A DNA stretch of 64,000 bases, taken from a virus. The stretch spans positions 96,001 to 160,000 of the IMG/VR virus record IMGVR_UViG_3300025108_000015, one strand, 5' to 3'. Below the pieces are notes generated by a model that made no database searches, was not told the origin of the DNA, and was given only the letters and a program-made list of their open reading frames with translations. A program made the translations under genes and the position numbers. Positions 36,664 to 47,135 of this stretch are shown in pieces; position 1 is the stretch's first letter, and the number at the start of each line of letters is the position of its first letter.

Positions 36664-38126
36664 TGGGTGTATTTAAAATAAACATAACAAATGATTCAGC
36701 TAATACCAAAGTTACAAGTGGAGCAAGCCCTTTTACATCTGCGATAGTAACCAAAGAGGTATCAAATGGTATCAATGGTACTATATTATATCTGACATTT
36801 TACGTTCACCCAAATTCAGATTACTACTTTGACAACTTCACCGACTTAACCTATACAATTGGTGGTACTGGTTATACAGCCGCAAGTAATGGTTCTGTAT
36901 ATAGTTCTGGCAATACATCATTGTCAGTATCTATGGTAAATGGGTCTATACGAGTTGATGGTATTCACCAAATTGAGCCTGGAGTAACATTAAACCTAAC
37001 TTTAGGTGGTGGTGCAATATCATTATCATCAGACCCACCATCCGATGGAGATTCTATTGCAGCTGGCAGTGATTCGGCTATCTCGTCAAATCCGGTATCT
37101 GGTATTGGTAACACATATAACTTTGAACAAACACGTAGTATTCAAATCAAACATCAAAGTCATTTTAATATATTAAATAAAAATGATGATTGGGCAGTTT
37201 CATTTGGAGCAACCATCCCACCATCACAATCAATTGCAGGTAGACGAGAGTTTAGCTTAGTTCAAAAACGAAATACACTATCCACCATAGGTGATGATGG
37301 ATTGGAGACCACAAAAGCCGATGGGTCTGGTCAGTACCCATTTGACATATCATTCTACTCAGAAAACCACCCAACAAGTCCTGGTCATATATTTGTAAAA
37401 GCCTCAGATGGTAATATTACAATGAACTTTTCCTCATCCACAGCATACGCTGATGGAACACATCACAAATATGTACTCAATAAAAAAGACGACCTCATCT
37501 ACTTATACGTTGATGGTATTGTTGACACATCAGCATCTTATTCGTTTAAGACAAATGTAAACAATGATAGGGATATACTTATAGGCAGTCGTGATGTTGA
37601 AAATACTGAAGCAAACTTTAGTGGTTCTATATCACAATTTAGAATATCAAAAACCGCATTAACTGATGATAATATAATATCGCTAGCAGATACTTCTCCA
37701 AGTGGGTCTGCTCTACAAAGAAAAGAAGTGGGTTATGTATTTTATAAACAAGGTATGATTATTACGTCAGACCCAAGGTATAGATATCAGAATATATTTT
37801 TAGGAAATAACAATGGTGATTATACAAATCGTGATTATGAATTAAAGTATAGGTCTACTAAAACAATCGAAGAAGTTTCTGTATTATGTGAGATAAATAG
37901 AAACGAATACAATGTGTCATCAAACCCATCGCTTCGAGTTGGCGGCACCGCTGATGATAACCGATTAATAAATATGGTCACAGGTTCAGACTTTAGACCA
38001 TACATTACTCAGCTTGGATTATATAACGACACTGGTGACTTATTAGCAATAGCAAAGTTAGGTTCACCATTGAAAAAGAGACAAGACGTTGACGTGACAA
38101 TCAACGTTAAATTTGATATAGACTAA
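36663..38126 (+). CDS. LamG/concanavalin-like domain tail protein
   Basis: HHKYVLNKKDDLIYLYVDG, ILIGSR, FSGSISQFRI; C-terminal YITQLGLYND. Confidence 0.75.
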   Translation: MGVFKINITNDSANTKVTSGASPFTSAIVTKEVSNGINGTILYLTFYVHPNSDYYFDNFTDLTYTIGGTGYTAASNGSVYSSGNTSLSVSMVNGSIRVDGIHQIEPGVTLNLTLGGGAISLSSDPPSDGDSIAAGSDSAISSNPVSGIGNTYNFEQTRSIQIKHQSHFNILNKNDDWAVSFGATIPPSQSIAGRREFSLVQKRNTLSTIGDDGLETTKADGSGQYPFDISFYSENHPTSPGHIFVKASDGNITMNFSSSTAYADGTHHKYVLNKKDDLIYLYVDGIVDTSASYSFKTNVNNDRDILIGSRDVENTEANFSGSISQFRISKTALTDDNIISLADTSPSGSALQRKEVGYVFYKQGMIITSDPRYRYQNIFLGNNNGDYTNRDYELKYRSTKTIEEVSVLCEINRNEYNVSSNPSLRVGGTADDNRLINMVTGSDFRPYITQLGLYNDTGDLLAIAKLGSPLKKRQDVDVTINVKFDID

Positions 38127-38132
38127 AAAGTT

Positions 38133-38564
38133 ATGGCAAAAGGAAATTGGTCCCACATCCAAAAGATGAAGGGTCATAAAAGTGGTTTGGAGACTCGTAT
38201 AGATGAGCAACTTAAATTACAAGGTATTGATGGTGAGTACGAGAAGCATGAATTCGGATATACAATTCCAGCAACTAATCATACTTACAAACCAGACTTT
38301 AGATTACCTAATGGTATATTCATAGAGTCGAAGGGGTGGTTCTTGCCCGATGATAGGAAGAAACATCTTTTAATCAAAGAGCAAAATCCTAACGTTGATT
38401 TACGATTCGTTTTACAATCTCCCAATGGTAAAATTTACAAAGGTTCAAAGACCACTTACGCACAATGGTGTGAGAAGAATGGATTCAAATGGGCCAAGAA
38501 AGAAATACCCCAAGAGTGGATTGATGAAAAACCTTCCGCTGATTTCTTTGATTATTCAAAATAA
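38133..38564 (+). CDS. Holliday junction resolvase, T7 endonuclease I-like
   Basis: KSGLE, YKPDFRLPNGIFIESKGWF, DRKKHLLIKEQ. Confidence 0.93.
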   Translation: MAKGNWSHIQKMKGHKSGLETRIDEQLKLQGIDGEYEKHEFGYTIPATNHTYKPDFRLPNGIFIESKGWFLPDDRKKHLLIKEQNPNVDLRFVLQSPNGKIYKGSKTTYAQWCEKNGFKWAKKEIPQEWIDEKPSADFFDYSK

Positions 38565-38577
38565 TTTCGTATATTAG
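38547..38577 (+). promoter_or_regulatory. Bacteroidota-type promoter for primase and Mre11-Rad50
   Basis: TTTG 38547-50; 19 nt; TATATTAG 38570-77. Confidence 0.65.
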
Positions 38578-38582
38578 TAGTT

Positions 38583-39518
38583 ATGGAAGAAAGACTACTT
38601 GAATTATTAGAGTCCGTACTTGGGTCATCCAAGAAAACGAGTGGGGATAATTATGCATTCTATTCACCATTTGTTGACCATTACAAACCAAAGTTAGAGA
38701 TTAATATACGAATTAATTCTAAAGGAAACAACCCGTGGCATTGTTGGATTTCTGATGAGAAGGGTAGAAGTATCAAGACACTCTTCAAGAAACTTCGCGT
38801 ATCCAAGTCAACTTGGGATGAGTACAACTCGATATTCAGTAAGGTAAATCGTTATAGAAGTGAATACGATAATGTAGACGTTGTAGAGCAAGTAGAGCTT
38901 CCCAAAGAATTCCAACCACTTTATAACCCATCAAACTCTTACAAACGGAAACACGCACTAAACTATTTGTTAGGTCGTGGTGTTAGGCCTGAAGACATTG
39001 TAAAGTATAATATTGGGTTTTGTGATGAGGGTGAATATAGAGATAAGATTATAATTCCATCGTATGATGAACGTGGTAAATTAAACTTCTTTGTTGGTAG
39101 GTCATTCTATCAGACTCAATACAAACATAAAAACCCAAAGGTATCTAAGGACATTGTGGGTTTTGAATTACTTATCAATTGGGATACACCACTGGTGTTA
39201 TGTGAAGGTGCATTTGATGCATTATCAATACGAAGAAACGCAATACCATTATTTGGTAAAGCTATACAATCTGAATTAGAGAAGAAAATAATTGGAAATA
39301 AAGTAAAAAAGTTGTATATTGTATTAGATTCAGATGCTATAAAGAATGCTCTGCGTCTTACAAAGAAGTTTATGTCGTATGGAATTGAGACTCACCTTGT
39401 AGACTTAGGTGACCAAGACCCATCAGATATGGGCTATGAAAATGTTAATGAATTAATTTATAATACTCCACCAATGGACCTTAGAAAGTTGGTTGAGTAT
39501 GAACTATATAGAGTATGA
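38583..39518 (+). CDS. gp61: DNA primase (TOPRIM)
   Basis: WHCWI, IIIPSYD, LCEGAFDA, VLDSDA, DQDPSD. Confidence 0.92.
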   Translation: MEERLLELLESVLGSSKKTSGDNYAFYSPFVDHYKPKLEINIRINSKGNNPWHCWISDEKGRSIKTLFKKLRVSKSTWDEYNSIFSKVNRYRSEYDNVDVVEQVELPKEFQPLYNPSNSYKRKHALNYLLGRGVRPEDIVKYNIGFCDEGEYRDKIIIPSYDERGKLNFFVGRSFYQTQYKHKNPKVSKDIVGFELLINWDTPLVLCEGAFDALSIRRNAIPLFGKAIQSELEKKIIGNKVKKLYIVLDSDAIKNALRLTKKFMSYGIETHLVDLGDQDPSDMGYENVNELIYNTPPMDLRKLVEYELYRV

Positions 39519-42500
39519 AACGACTCAAAAAAATTAAAGTCGGTATAGAAAAGGTAAACAAAGTTTATCATATCGCAGATGTACATATAAGAAACCTCAA
39601 GCGACACAAAGAGTATCGTGATGTATTTTCCCAACTTTATGGATATATTCTATCCACAATGGATGAAAATGACATCATATACATTGCAGGTGATATTGTT
39701 CATGCTAAGACTGATATGTCACCCGAAGTGGTAGACTTGACTCAAGAGTTCTTTACTCGATTAGCAGACTTACTACCAACAATTGTCATTCCTGGTAATC
39801 ACGATGCTAATCTAAACAACACGTCAAGGTTGGATGCATTGTCACCAATTATTAACGCATTGAAACACCCAAACCTATTCTACCTAAAAGATACAGGTGC
39901 TTGGTCATTGGGTGACCTCACAATAGTACACCAATCAGTTTGGGATAAGTCTCCAGGATTTCCACCATCGGTTGATTACAAAGGTGATACTAAGATTGCA
40001 GTATTTCATGGACCGGTTGATAAGATTGAGACTGAACATGGATTTGCTATCGAGAATAAGAACATCAATGTAGGAAACTTTGATGGGTATGATATGGTGA
40101 TGTTGGGTGATATCCATAAACCAAATAATGCAGTTCAAGGTGTTGATACAATAAAGTACGCAGGTTCACTTATAGTTCAGAATCATGGTGAGGCAAAATA
40201 TCCAGACCATGGTATTTTAGTTTGGGATGTTCTAACTCGTACAAGTGAGTTTGTAAGAATTCCAAATGACTATGGTTATGTAACCGTTGATATTGAAGAG
40301 GGTAAGATTGTATCAAGTATGCCAATTCCTCAAAAACCACGAATGAGAGTTCGTGTAAAAGATACTAAGGCATCTGAACTAAACAAGATTATAGCAGACT
40401 TAAAGAAGGGTAGGCAGGTTCAAGAATTAACGATACAAAAAGTAATTACTCGTAAAAGTGGTAGTGATAGTGAAAAGATTGTTCTTCAGAATGTACGTGA
40501 TACTGCTTTCCAAAATAAATTGATTGAAGATTTCTTAAATGAAAACGAACACCTCACCGAACAGCAACTTGAAGTTGTTAAAGGTATTAATAACGACATC
40601 AACTCAAAGTTGGGAATCCACCGAGCAATTACCAACACCACTTGGATACCAAAGAAGTTTGAATTCTCGAATATGTTCTCGTATGGTCCTAACAATGTTG
40701 TAGACTTTAGTCAAATGAAAGGAGCATATGGTATCTTTGCTCCAAACGCAAGTGGTAAATCAACCTTATGGGATGCTCTTTCATTTTGTATATTCGATAA
40801 ATGTTCTCGTACTTCTAAAGCAGAAGACGTTATGAACTATTCTAAGATGTCATTTAATTGTTCATTTACTTTTGAATTAAATGGTGTTGATTATACAATT
40901 GAACGTACCGCAAAAAAATCACCAAAGCGTGGTACTGTGAAGGTTAATACTGACTTTTATAGAATTATAGATGGTCAGAAAGAATCTTTAAATGGTGAAC
41001 AGCGTAGAGATACAAATGTAAATATAAGAGAATATGTTGGAACATACGAGGATTTCATCCTTACAGCCATGTCAACCCAATCGAACAATAGTGGGTTCAT
41101 CGAAAAGTCTCAGAAGGAACGAAAAGAACTCCTCGCCCAATTCTTGGACATGGATGTCTTTGAAGGGTTATACCAAATCGCAAGTGAGGAGATTAAAGAA
41201 TTATCAGCTCTTTTAAAAGATTACAAAAACCAAGACCTACCAACACAACTTGCAGAGGCAGAAGATACATTGACATCAATTACTGGCTCATTGACCGACC
41301 TACAAGATAGACGTTCGGAGTTGGAGACAAAATGTGATAACACAAACATTAAAATAGAATTTGAAATGGGCGCACTCAAGCCTGTTGAAGATTTAGGTGA
41401 TGTTTCTGATTTAGAAGATAAGCTCGAACTACAACAAGAGTACATTAACAAACAACAAATGTCATGTGATGGGGTATCGGTATCTATTAAAAAAACAAAT
41501 ACTGATATAAAGAATATTCAGTCTAAACTATCTAAGTTTAACGAGAGTGAATTAATTGAGTCAGATAAACAATACAAGATACTCGATAATAAATTTAATC
41601 AGATGGGTGTTGAGTTAACCAAATTAGAATCAGAAATGGTTCATTCAAAAAAACACTTAGATGGTATTGGGTCATTGACCTTTGATGAAACTTGTGAACA
41701 TTGTGTAAAAAATCAAAACACTCCGTTTGCTAAACAAGCACAAACACTTGAGGTTGGGTTAGAACGATTAGGTAAAGAATACTCAACGTTAGTTTCAAGT
41801 AGGTTAGATGTAATGACTGAACGAGATACCCATGATGTATCAGCTAAACTAAAAGTATATAATGAGTTAGTATTAGATTCTAAAGAGTTACATAGTGAGT
41901 TAAGTAAGTATGAATCTGAGTATGATGGGTGTATTCTTCGTGTTGATAATATGACCTTAGAGATGGAATCTTTAAAAGAAAAGGTAACTCGTGCTAAAAA
42001 TCAACAAGAAGCTGTAACCCATAATGCTCAAATACAAGAAAAGGTAAAATCTTTTAAAATCACACGAGATAAACTTAAAGATGAGATTCGTGATATTACC
42101 ACCGAGATTATGGATGTTAATTCGGATATTAAGTTAGCCGAAAAAACAATAGATATGGTAAATACGTCAATCGATAAACTTCGTGATATGGAAGTTCGTT
42201 TTGATGGTTATGAATATTATCTTAAATGTGTAAAGAGAGATGGTATACCATATAATCTTATTTCAGATGTCTTACCTAAGTTAGAGGTTGAGATTAACAA
42301 CATACTACAACCAATAGTAGACTTTCAAGTACTACTAAATACTGATGGTAAGAATATCAACTCATACATTGCATATGGTACTGAGGAATATTGGCCATTA
42401 GAACTTACAAGTGGTATGGAAAAGTTCATATCGTCAATTGCAATTAGAACCGCATTGATTAATGTATCGAATCTACCAAGACCAAACTTCATTGCTATTG

Positions 42501-42682
42501 ATGAGGGATTTGGTTCATTAGACACGGATAACTTTAATTCTTTATATTTATTATTTGACTACCTAAAGACACAATTTGATTTTATCATAACAATATCACA
42601 CATTGATAAGACTAGAGATATGGTTGACCAAATAATTGATATAAATAAAGTTAGGGGATTCTCTAAGGTGTCATATTTATAA
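39515..42682 (+). CDS. Mre11(SbcD)-Rad50(SbcC) fusion recombination nuclease/ATPase
   Basis: IADVHI, GDIVH, PGNHD, GDIH; Walker A APNASGKST; zinc hook CEHC; LTSGME; FIAIDEGFGSLD. Confidence 0.93.
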   Translation: MKRLKKIKVGIEKVNKVYHIADVHIRNLKRHKEYRDVFSQLYGYILSTMDENDIIYIAGDIVHAKTDMSPEVVDLTQEFFTRLADLLPTIVIPGNHDANLNNTSRLDALSPIINALKHPNLFYLKDTGAWSLGDLTIVHQSVWDKSPGFPPSVDYKGDTKIAVFHGPVDKIETEHGFAIENKNINVGNFDGYDMVMLGDIHKPNNAVQGVDTIKYAGSLIVQNHGEAKYPDHGILVWDVLTRTSEFVRIPNDYGYVTVDIEEGKIVSSMPIPQKPRMRVRVKDTKASELNKIIADLKKGRQVQELTIQKVITRKSGSDSEKIVLQNVRDTAFQNKLIEDFLNENEHLTEQQLEVVKGINNDINSKLGIHRAITNTTWIPKKFEFSNMFSYGPNNVVDFSQMKGAYGIFAPNASGKSTLWDALSFCIFDKCSRTSKAEDVMNYSKMSFNCSFTFELNGVDYTIERTAKKSPKRGTVKVNTDFYRIIDGQKESLNGEQRRDTNVNIREYVGTYEDFILTAMSTQSNNSGFIEKSQKERKELLAQFLDMDVFEGLYQIASEEIKELSALLKDYKNQDLPTQLAEAEDTLTSITGSLTDLQDRRSELETKCDNTNIKIEFEMGALKPVEDLGDVSDLEDKLELQQEYINKQQMSCDGVSVSIKKTNTDIKNIQSKLSKFNESELIESDKQYKILDNKFNQMGVELTKLESEMVHSKKHLDGIGSLTFDETCEHCVKNQNTPFAKQAQTLEVGLERLGKEYSTLVSSRLDVMTERDTHDVSAKLKVYNELVLDSKELHSELSKYESEYDGCILRVDNMTLEMESLKEKVTRAKNQQEAVTHNAQIQEKVKSFKITRDKLKDEIRDITTEIMDVNSDIKLAEKTIDMVNTSIDKLRDMEVRFDGYEYYLKCVKRDGIPYNLISDVLPKLEVEINNILQPIVDFQVLLNTDGKNINSYIAYGTEEYWPLELTSGMEKFISSIAIRTALINVSNLPRPNFIAIDEGFGSLDTDNFNSLYLLFDYLKTQFDFIITISHIDKTRDMVDQIIDINKVRGFSKVSYL

Positions 42683-42702
42683 GAAAGTAATGGAGTCCGT
42701 TA

Positions 42703-45700
42703 ATGGGATTAGAACTAAAACGAAGGTCTAAGCAATTTTTAAGTAAAATATCAAACGCTCTTGATTTAGATGATAAAGAGGCAGTTAGGGTATTTGGTAT
42801 CAGAAACTTTCCAGAATTTTTTGGAGAGGGTAAGAACTCGTTTAGAATAAAACCACAACCACGCTCGATTGTTACTAATACTCAAATTGACGTTGAGGTA
42901 TTGGATAGTAATGGCAATACGATATATTGGGAAGCTCCCAAGTATAAGGATGACGATAAATCTCAACTGATTACTGTTTGGGTTTACTCTGACGATAACG
43001 ATAGGTATCATACTCCTGATGGAATATGTACGGTAACAATCGTAGCAAATACCACGGAAGGTCCTATCAGATACACTCGTGAAGTAAATGTTGTAAAAAA
43101 TCAAAAATCAATATCTGATATTGTTTTCGTAGATACTCCGAATGGAGAGGTGTCAGCCTCAGTTGATTCATTTACAGAACTACCCCAAACAAATGGTGTA
43201 CTATCAAAGGTTTCAGTAAATGGTGAGTTTACTTACAAGAAGTCTATATATGGTGACGATGTTTCGTTTGAGGTATCTACACCCATAATAAATGGTGAAA
43301 TGCTGGGTGGTACTCTTGAATTAGATTTATCATCTACCACTTTATTTCCACGATTGACTGGCGGCCAACCACAACCGACACACGTTACTTCAAGTATTAC
43401 TGAAGTTATAACAAACAATATATTTAGAGTTGGGTTACCAATTACATCAAGCGATAATCGTAGTGATGGTTCAATTCATACATATGAATATTCCAACGAC
43501 ACTATAACCGGTACAATACGATATCAGTCAACTGGTTCGTTAAATACAACTCAAAATCAAGTAGCAGTTGCAAATATTACATTATCAAATGTAAATCCGG
43601 TATCGGGTAGAATTAGCTCTGTAAATACCTTGATTAAATCACAAGGGTTACCAAACTCTGATTTTGAGATAATATCAAATACTGACGTTCCAAACGAACC
43701 TGATATTTCATATAAAGTTGTAATACCAACCGAACAATTAAACGACCCTAAAACTTTAAAGATTCAATTCTTAAATAAGAATGGTAATGTATCTAATACT
43801 GAAATATTAATTGAAGGTATTATATTTGAGGGTGGTAACGTTTATATAGGTGGGTCAGAATCCATAATTACTGGTTCTATATTCGTATCAAATGCTATTG
43901 GTAGTGGTTTAGAAATAGGCGGTCATTCAAGTGGTTTTCTAAAATCAGTAGGATATGATGGCCAAATTTCGGCATCGGAAGGTAAAGGACCTGGTGGATT
44001 CATACTATATAGTGGTAGTAACGCATTACAAATGGGTAGTGATGTACTACGTGGTGTTGGTATGCAGTTTGTTGGTGACAATGACGATAGACACTTAATA
44101 TTTACAACAGCCGATGGTGGGTTGTTGGATGTCAAAACTGATAAGTTTTTTATTGGTACAACCAACACTCAATTTATAAGTGGGTCTGATTCTAATATAG
44201 AAATCAGTTCTTCACTATTTCACTTAGACCCCAAGAATGACCGATTAGTAATTGGTGCTGACGCTATTATAGAAGCAGACTTATCAGCAAACAATATTCG
44301 TACTCCTGCAACAATTGGTGGTAATCAATCCACCGACTTAAATGCAAGTTCATCTATAACACAAGATGGGTTCGCTCGATTTGTATCCGCAAGTATTGGT
44401 GGTTGGAACGTAGACACTGGTTCAATCTTTAGTGATAATTTAGAGATAAATTCAACAGGTAAGATAAAAACGAGAGATTACATATCAGATACTAAAGGGT
44501 GGTTAATTGATGAGACTGGTATAGCTGAATTCGCTAATGTTAAGATTCGTGGTACTCTTGCAACTACAACCTTTGAGAAGGAAAGTGTAAACGCAGTAGG
44601 TGGTCAACTATATGTTGCTAATTCTACTACTTTGAGTGGGTCATATAGTTCAAGTATAACGCCAGTACCTTCGAGTGGGGTAACATCGTCTACATCACTA
44701 CCAACTGAGTTTGGTGATAATAGTACGGATAAGATTGAATTTCCACAATTTACTCCATATCAATTAGTATCTGTTGAAGATTCCACAAAGTTTACTATTG
44801 ATACACCAATCTTCGCAAATGGTGGTACTGCATTTTTGTATTATAGTTCAAGTAACGCATTTGGTTCACAAGTCTCGGCAAGTGAAGAAGTTACAGTAAG
44901 TACAACAATACCATATTCAGCATCGTTCTTAAATCGGACTGGTGTTATTAATGGTCAGAGTACCTTTGAATACACTGACTTTGTTGTACAAACGCCATTA
45001 CCACCCACGGGCCAAGAAGACCATTTTGTAGATGAAGTATGTACTATTACGGAAATGAATGGGGCAATCGTATTTAGTAATAGTAGTGATACAGCCACCG
45101 CTACGTTGACCTCTTTAGGCCCTCCAACTGAAATTACACTTGAACCTGGAGTTACATTTAACGGAGCTTATAGTGGTCAAACTTTAGAATTCGCATTATC
45201 ATTTACAAACTCTACGAGTGTAACTGAACACCAAGCAACTAATATTGTTTATAAGAAAGTTGGAATTTGGCCAGCTTCAATTGTAGATGATGGTGAGATT
45301 ACATTTGACGATGGTGGTGGTAGTCATACGTTCGATATCCTCGAACGTGTTAGTGATACACAACTAAAAATAGACACATCATCACATAAACCAAATACCA
45401 GCGCGTCGTTTGTAGGCGCATCTGGTAACTATTCACAATCATTATCCGACACACGAACTATAAGCGCTGGTACAACTACAACAACACAATTTATTTACGA
45501 TAACATATCACCATCTTCAAGTAGATTTATAGTAGAAAATGTAACAGGCTTCGCAGAAGGTGAAATACTAACTTTAAAAAAAGTAAATAATACTGGATTT
45601 ACAACTGAGTACGTTAGAGTACATAGTTCAACACGATTGGATGGTAGTAGTGATACCGACCTAACAGGTATATTAGACGTTACACGTTCATATGGTAGTG

Positions 45701-47100
45701 GTACGACCGGAGATACTGCCTCACTTGGGGATATTGCATCGGTAGCACAAGAATACGATACTGGTCAGGTGGTGGTATCTACTGGTAAAATCGGAAGTGG
45801 TTACATTAGAATTAACGCGAATCCAAATGACCCATCTACACCATATATTGATATTGTAGAAAGAACGGGTAGTGGTTTATATGATGTAGACCTTAAAGCA
45901 CGTTTGGGTGACCTTAGTGGGTTAGCCGGTAGTAATATGGTATTGGGTAATAATACTCCTGGTTTTGGTTTAGCTACTGATAATGTATTCCTTCAAGGTG
46001 GTATCATTGCAACCTTTGGTGAAATCGGTGGGTTTGGTATAAACGCCACTACAATATCATCATCAAACAATAATCTTATTTTAAGAAGTAATGGTCAGAT
46101 AACCGGTTCAGCTGCATTATTAAGTGGTAGTGATGTTGTGATTGACGTAGAAGACTTTACTTTAAACTCAACAAACTTCAAAGTAAATTCTGCTGGTGAT
46201 ATTACTGGCTCTAATGTGTTATTCGATGGTGGCACTATTGGTGGATTTGAATTAGGGTCTAATATTATATCATCATCAAATGGCGATTTAGTTTTAAAAT
46301 CGAATGGTGAAATTACCGGCTCTAATGTATTATTTAACAACGGAATAGTCGGTGGTTTTGAAATAGGAAGTAATCAGATATCATCATCTAATTCAGCATT
46401 AATTCTAAAGAATAATGGGCATATTACAGGATCAGCAGTACGTTTAACCACAACAGTTGGTAGTCAGTTGTACGAAGTCCTTGACACCACTAAGGGTATA
46501 ATTGATGCTAAGAATGTTGGTAGACAACTATACATGAGTTCCGATGAGCATATACTCCAAAACTCAAATAGTAATTCAGGAAAAACAGTATCATCTGATA
46601 AAATTACAATTATATGGCAGGGGTTTAGACACGAAACGCGTGTTAATATTTCATTTCAGGGGTTATTCGAAAAACATGGCACTGGAAAAGCGATAGGTGG
46701 ATTTCAAGGTTCGTTATACACTGCAATATCAGGCTCTGATAATTCTGCTGACACTTATTATGATAATTGGCAATCGTTACGTACTAATCAAGGTATGGCT
46801 GTATTTGGAACTACTGGCACAAATACACCCTATTCTGCATCGGAATCGAATATTGGTCCTGACGCTTTTACGTTTGAAATTGATAATTACACCGATGGGT
46901 TAAGTACATATAATCACGAAAAATATCAAACACAATTATTTAAACTTGAACTACAACCATATGTTCAGAACCTCATAACAACAACAGGAACTTCAAGAGT
47001 TAAAATAAAAAATATATCAGTTTGGACATCACGTGGATTAGCTAGTACATTTGAGGCACTTCCAGTTCAACCGAACAATGGTGGGTTTGGTCTTCCATAA
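42703..47100 (+). CDS. large tail fibre/spike-like protein
   Basis: 1465 aa Ser/Thr/Gly-rich beta protein with IGGF/ITGS repeats; TATTTATA and GGAG upstream. Confidence 0.75.
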   Translation: MGLELKRRSKQFLSKISNALDLDDKEAVRVFGIRNFPEFFGEGKNSFRIKPQPRSIVTNTQIDVEVLDSNGNTIYWEAPKYKDDDKSQLITVWVYSDDNDRYHTPDGICTVTIVANTTEGPIRYTREVNVVKNQKSISDIVFVDTPNGEVSASVDSFTELPQTNGVLSKVSVNGEFTYKKSIYGDDVSFEVSTPIINGEMLGGTLELDLSSTTLFPRLTGGQPQPTHVTSSITEVITNNIFRVGLPITSSDNRSDGSIHTYEYSNDTITGTIRYQSTGSLNTTQNQVAVANITLSNVNPVSGRISSVNTLIKSQGLPNSDFEIISNTDVPNEPDISYKVVIPTEQLNDPKTLKIQFLNKNGNVSNTEILIEGIIFEGGNVYIGGSESIITGSIFVSNAIGSGLEIGGHSSGFLKSVGYDGQISASEGKGPGGFILYSGSNALQMGSDVLRGVGMQFVGDNDDRHLIFTTADGGLLDVKTDKFFIGTTNTQFISGSDSNIEISSSLFHLDPKNDRLVIGADAIIEADLSANNIRTPATIGGNQSTDLNASSSITQDGFARFVSASIGGWNVDTGSIFSDNLEINSTGKIKTRDYISDTKGWLIDETGIAEFANVKIRGTLATTTFEKESVNAVGGQLYVANSTTLSGSYSSSITPVPSSGVTSSTSLPTEFGDNSTDKIEFPQFTPYQLVSVEDSTKFTIDTPIFANGGTAFLYYSSSNAFGSQVSASEEVTVSTTIPYSASFLNRTGVINGQSTFEYTDFVVQTPLPPTGQEDHFVDEVCTITEMNGAIVFSNSSDTATATLTSLGPPTEITLEPGVTFNGAYSGQTLEFALSFTNSTSVTEHQATNIVYKKVGIWPASIVDDGEITFDDGGGSHTFDILERVSDTQLKIDTSSHKPNTSASFVGASGNYSQSLSDTRTISAGTTTTTQFIYDNISPSSSRFIVENVTGFAEGEILTLKKVNNTGFTTEYVRVHSSTRLDGSSDTDLTGILDVTRSYGSGTTGDTASLGDIASVAQEYDTGQVVVSTGKIGSGYIRINANPNDPSTPYIDIVERTGSGLYDVDLKARLGDLSGLAGSNMVLGNNTPGFGLATDNVFLQGGIIATFGEIGGFGINATTISSSNNNLILRSNGQITGSAALLSGSDVVIDVEDFTLNSTNFKVNSAGDITGSNVLFDGGTIGGFELGSNIISSSNGDLVLKSNGEITGSNVLFNNGIVGGFEIGSNQISSSNSALILKNNGHITGSAVRLTTTVGSQLYEVLDTTKGIIDAKNVGRQLYMSSDEHILQNSNSNSGKTVSSDKITIIWQGFRHETRVNISFQGLFEKHGTGKAIGGFQGSLYTAISGSDNSADTYYDNWQSLRTNQGMAVFGTTGTNTPYSASESNIGPDAFTFEIDNYTDGLSTYNHEKYQTQLFKLELQPYVQNLITTTGTSRVKIKNISVWTSRGLASTFEALPVQPNNGGFGLP
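46018..46440 (+). repeat. tandem ~35-aa protein repeats (IGGF..ISSSN..LILKSNG.ITGS)
   Basis: Three full copies and one partial copy in the tail-fibre translation. Confidence 0.8.
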
Positions 47101-47135
47101 TTGGAATTTAAAAATAATTTAGGATACTTATTAGT

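Noticed and set aside
36640-36670. Programmed -1 frameshift joining 36097 and 36663
   Set aside because: The -1 frame has stops until 36653 and no slippery heptamer; the TAATG overlap indicates translational coupling.
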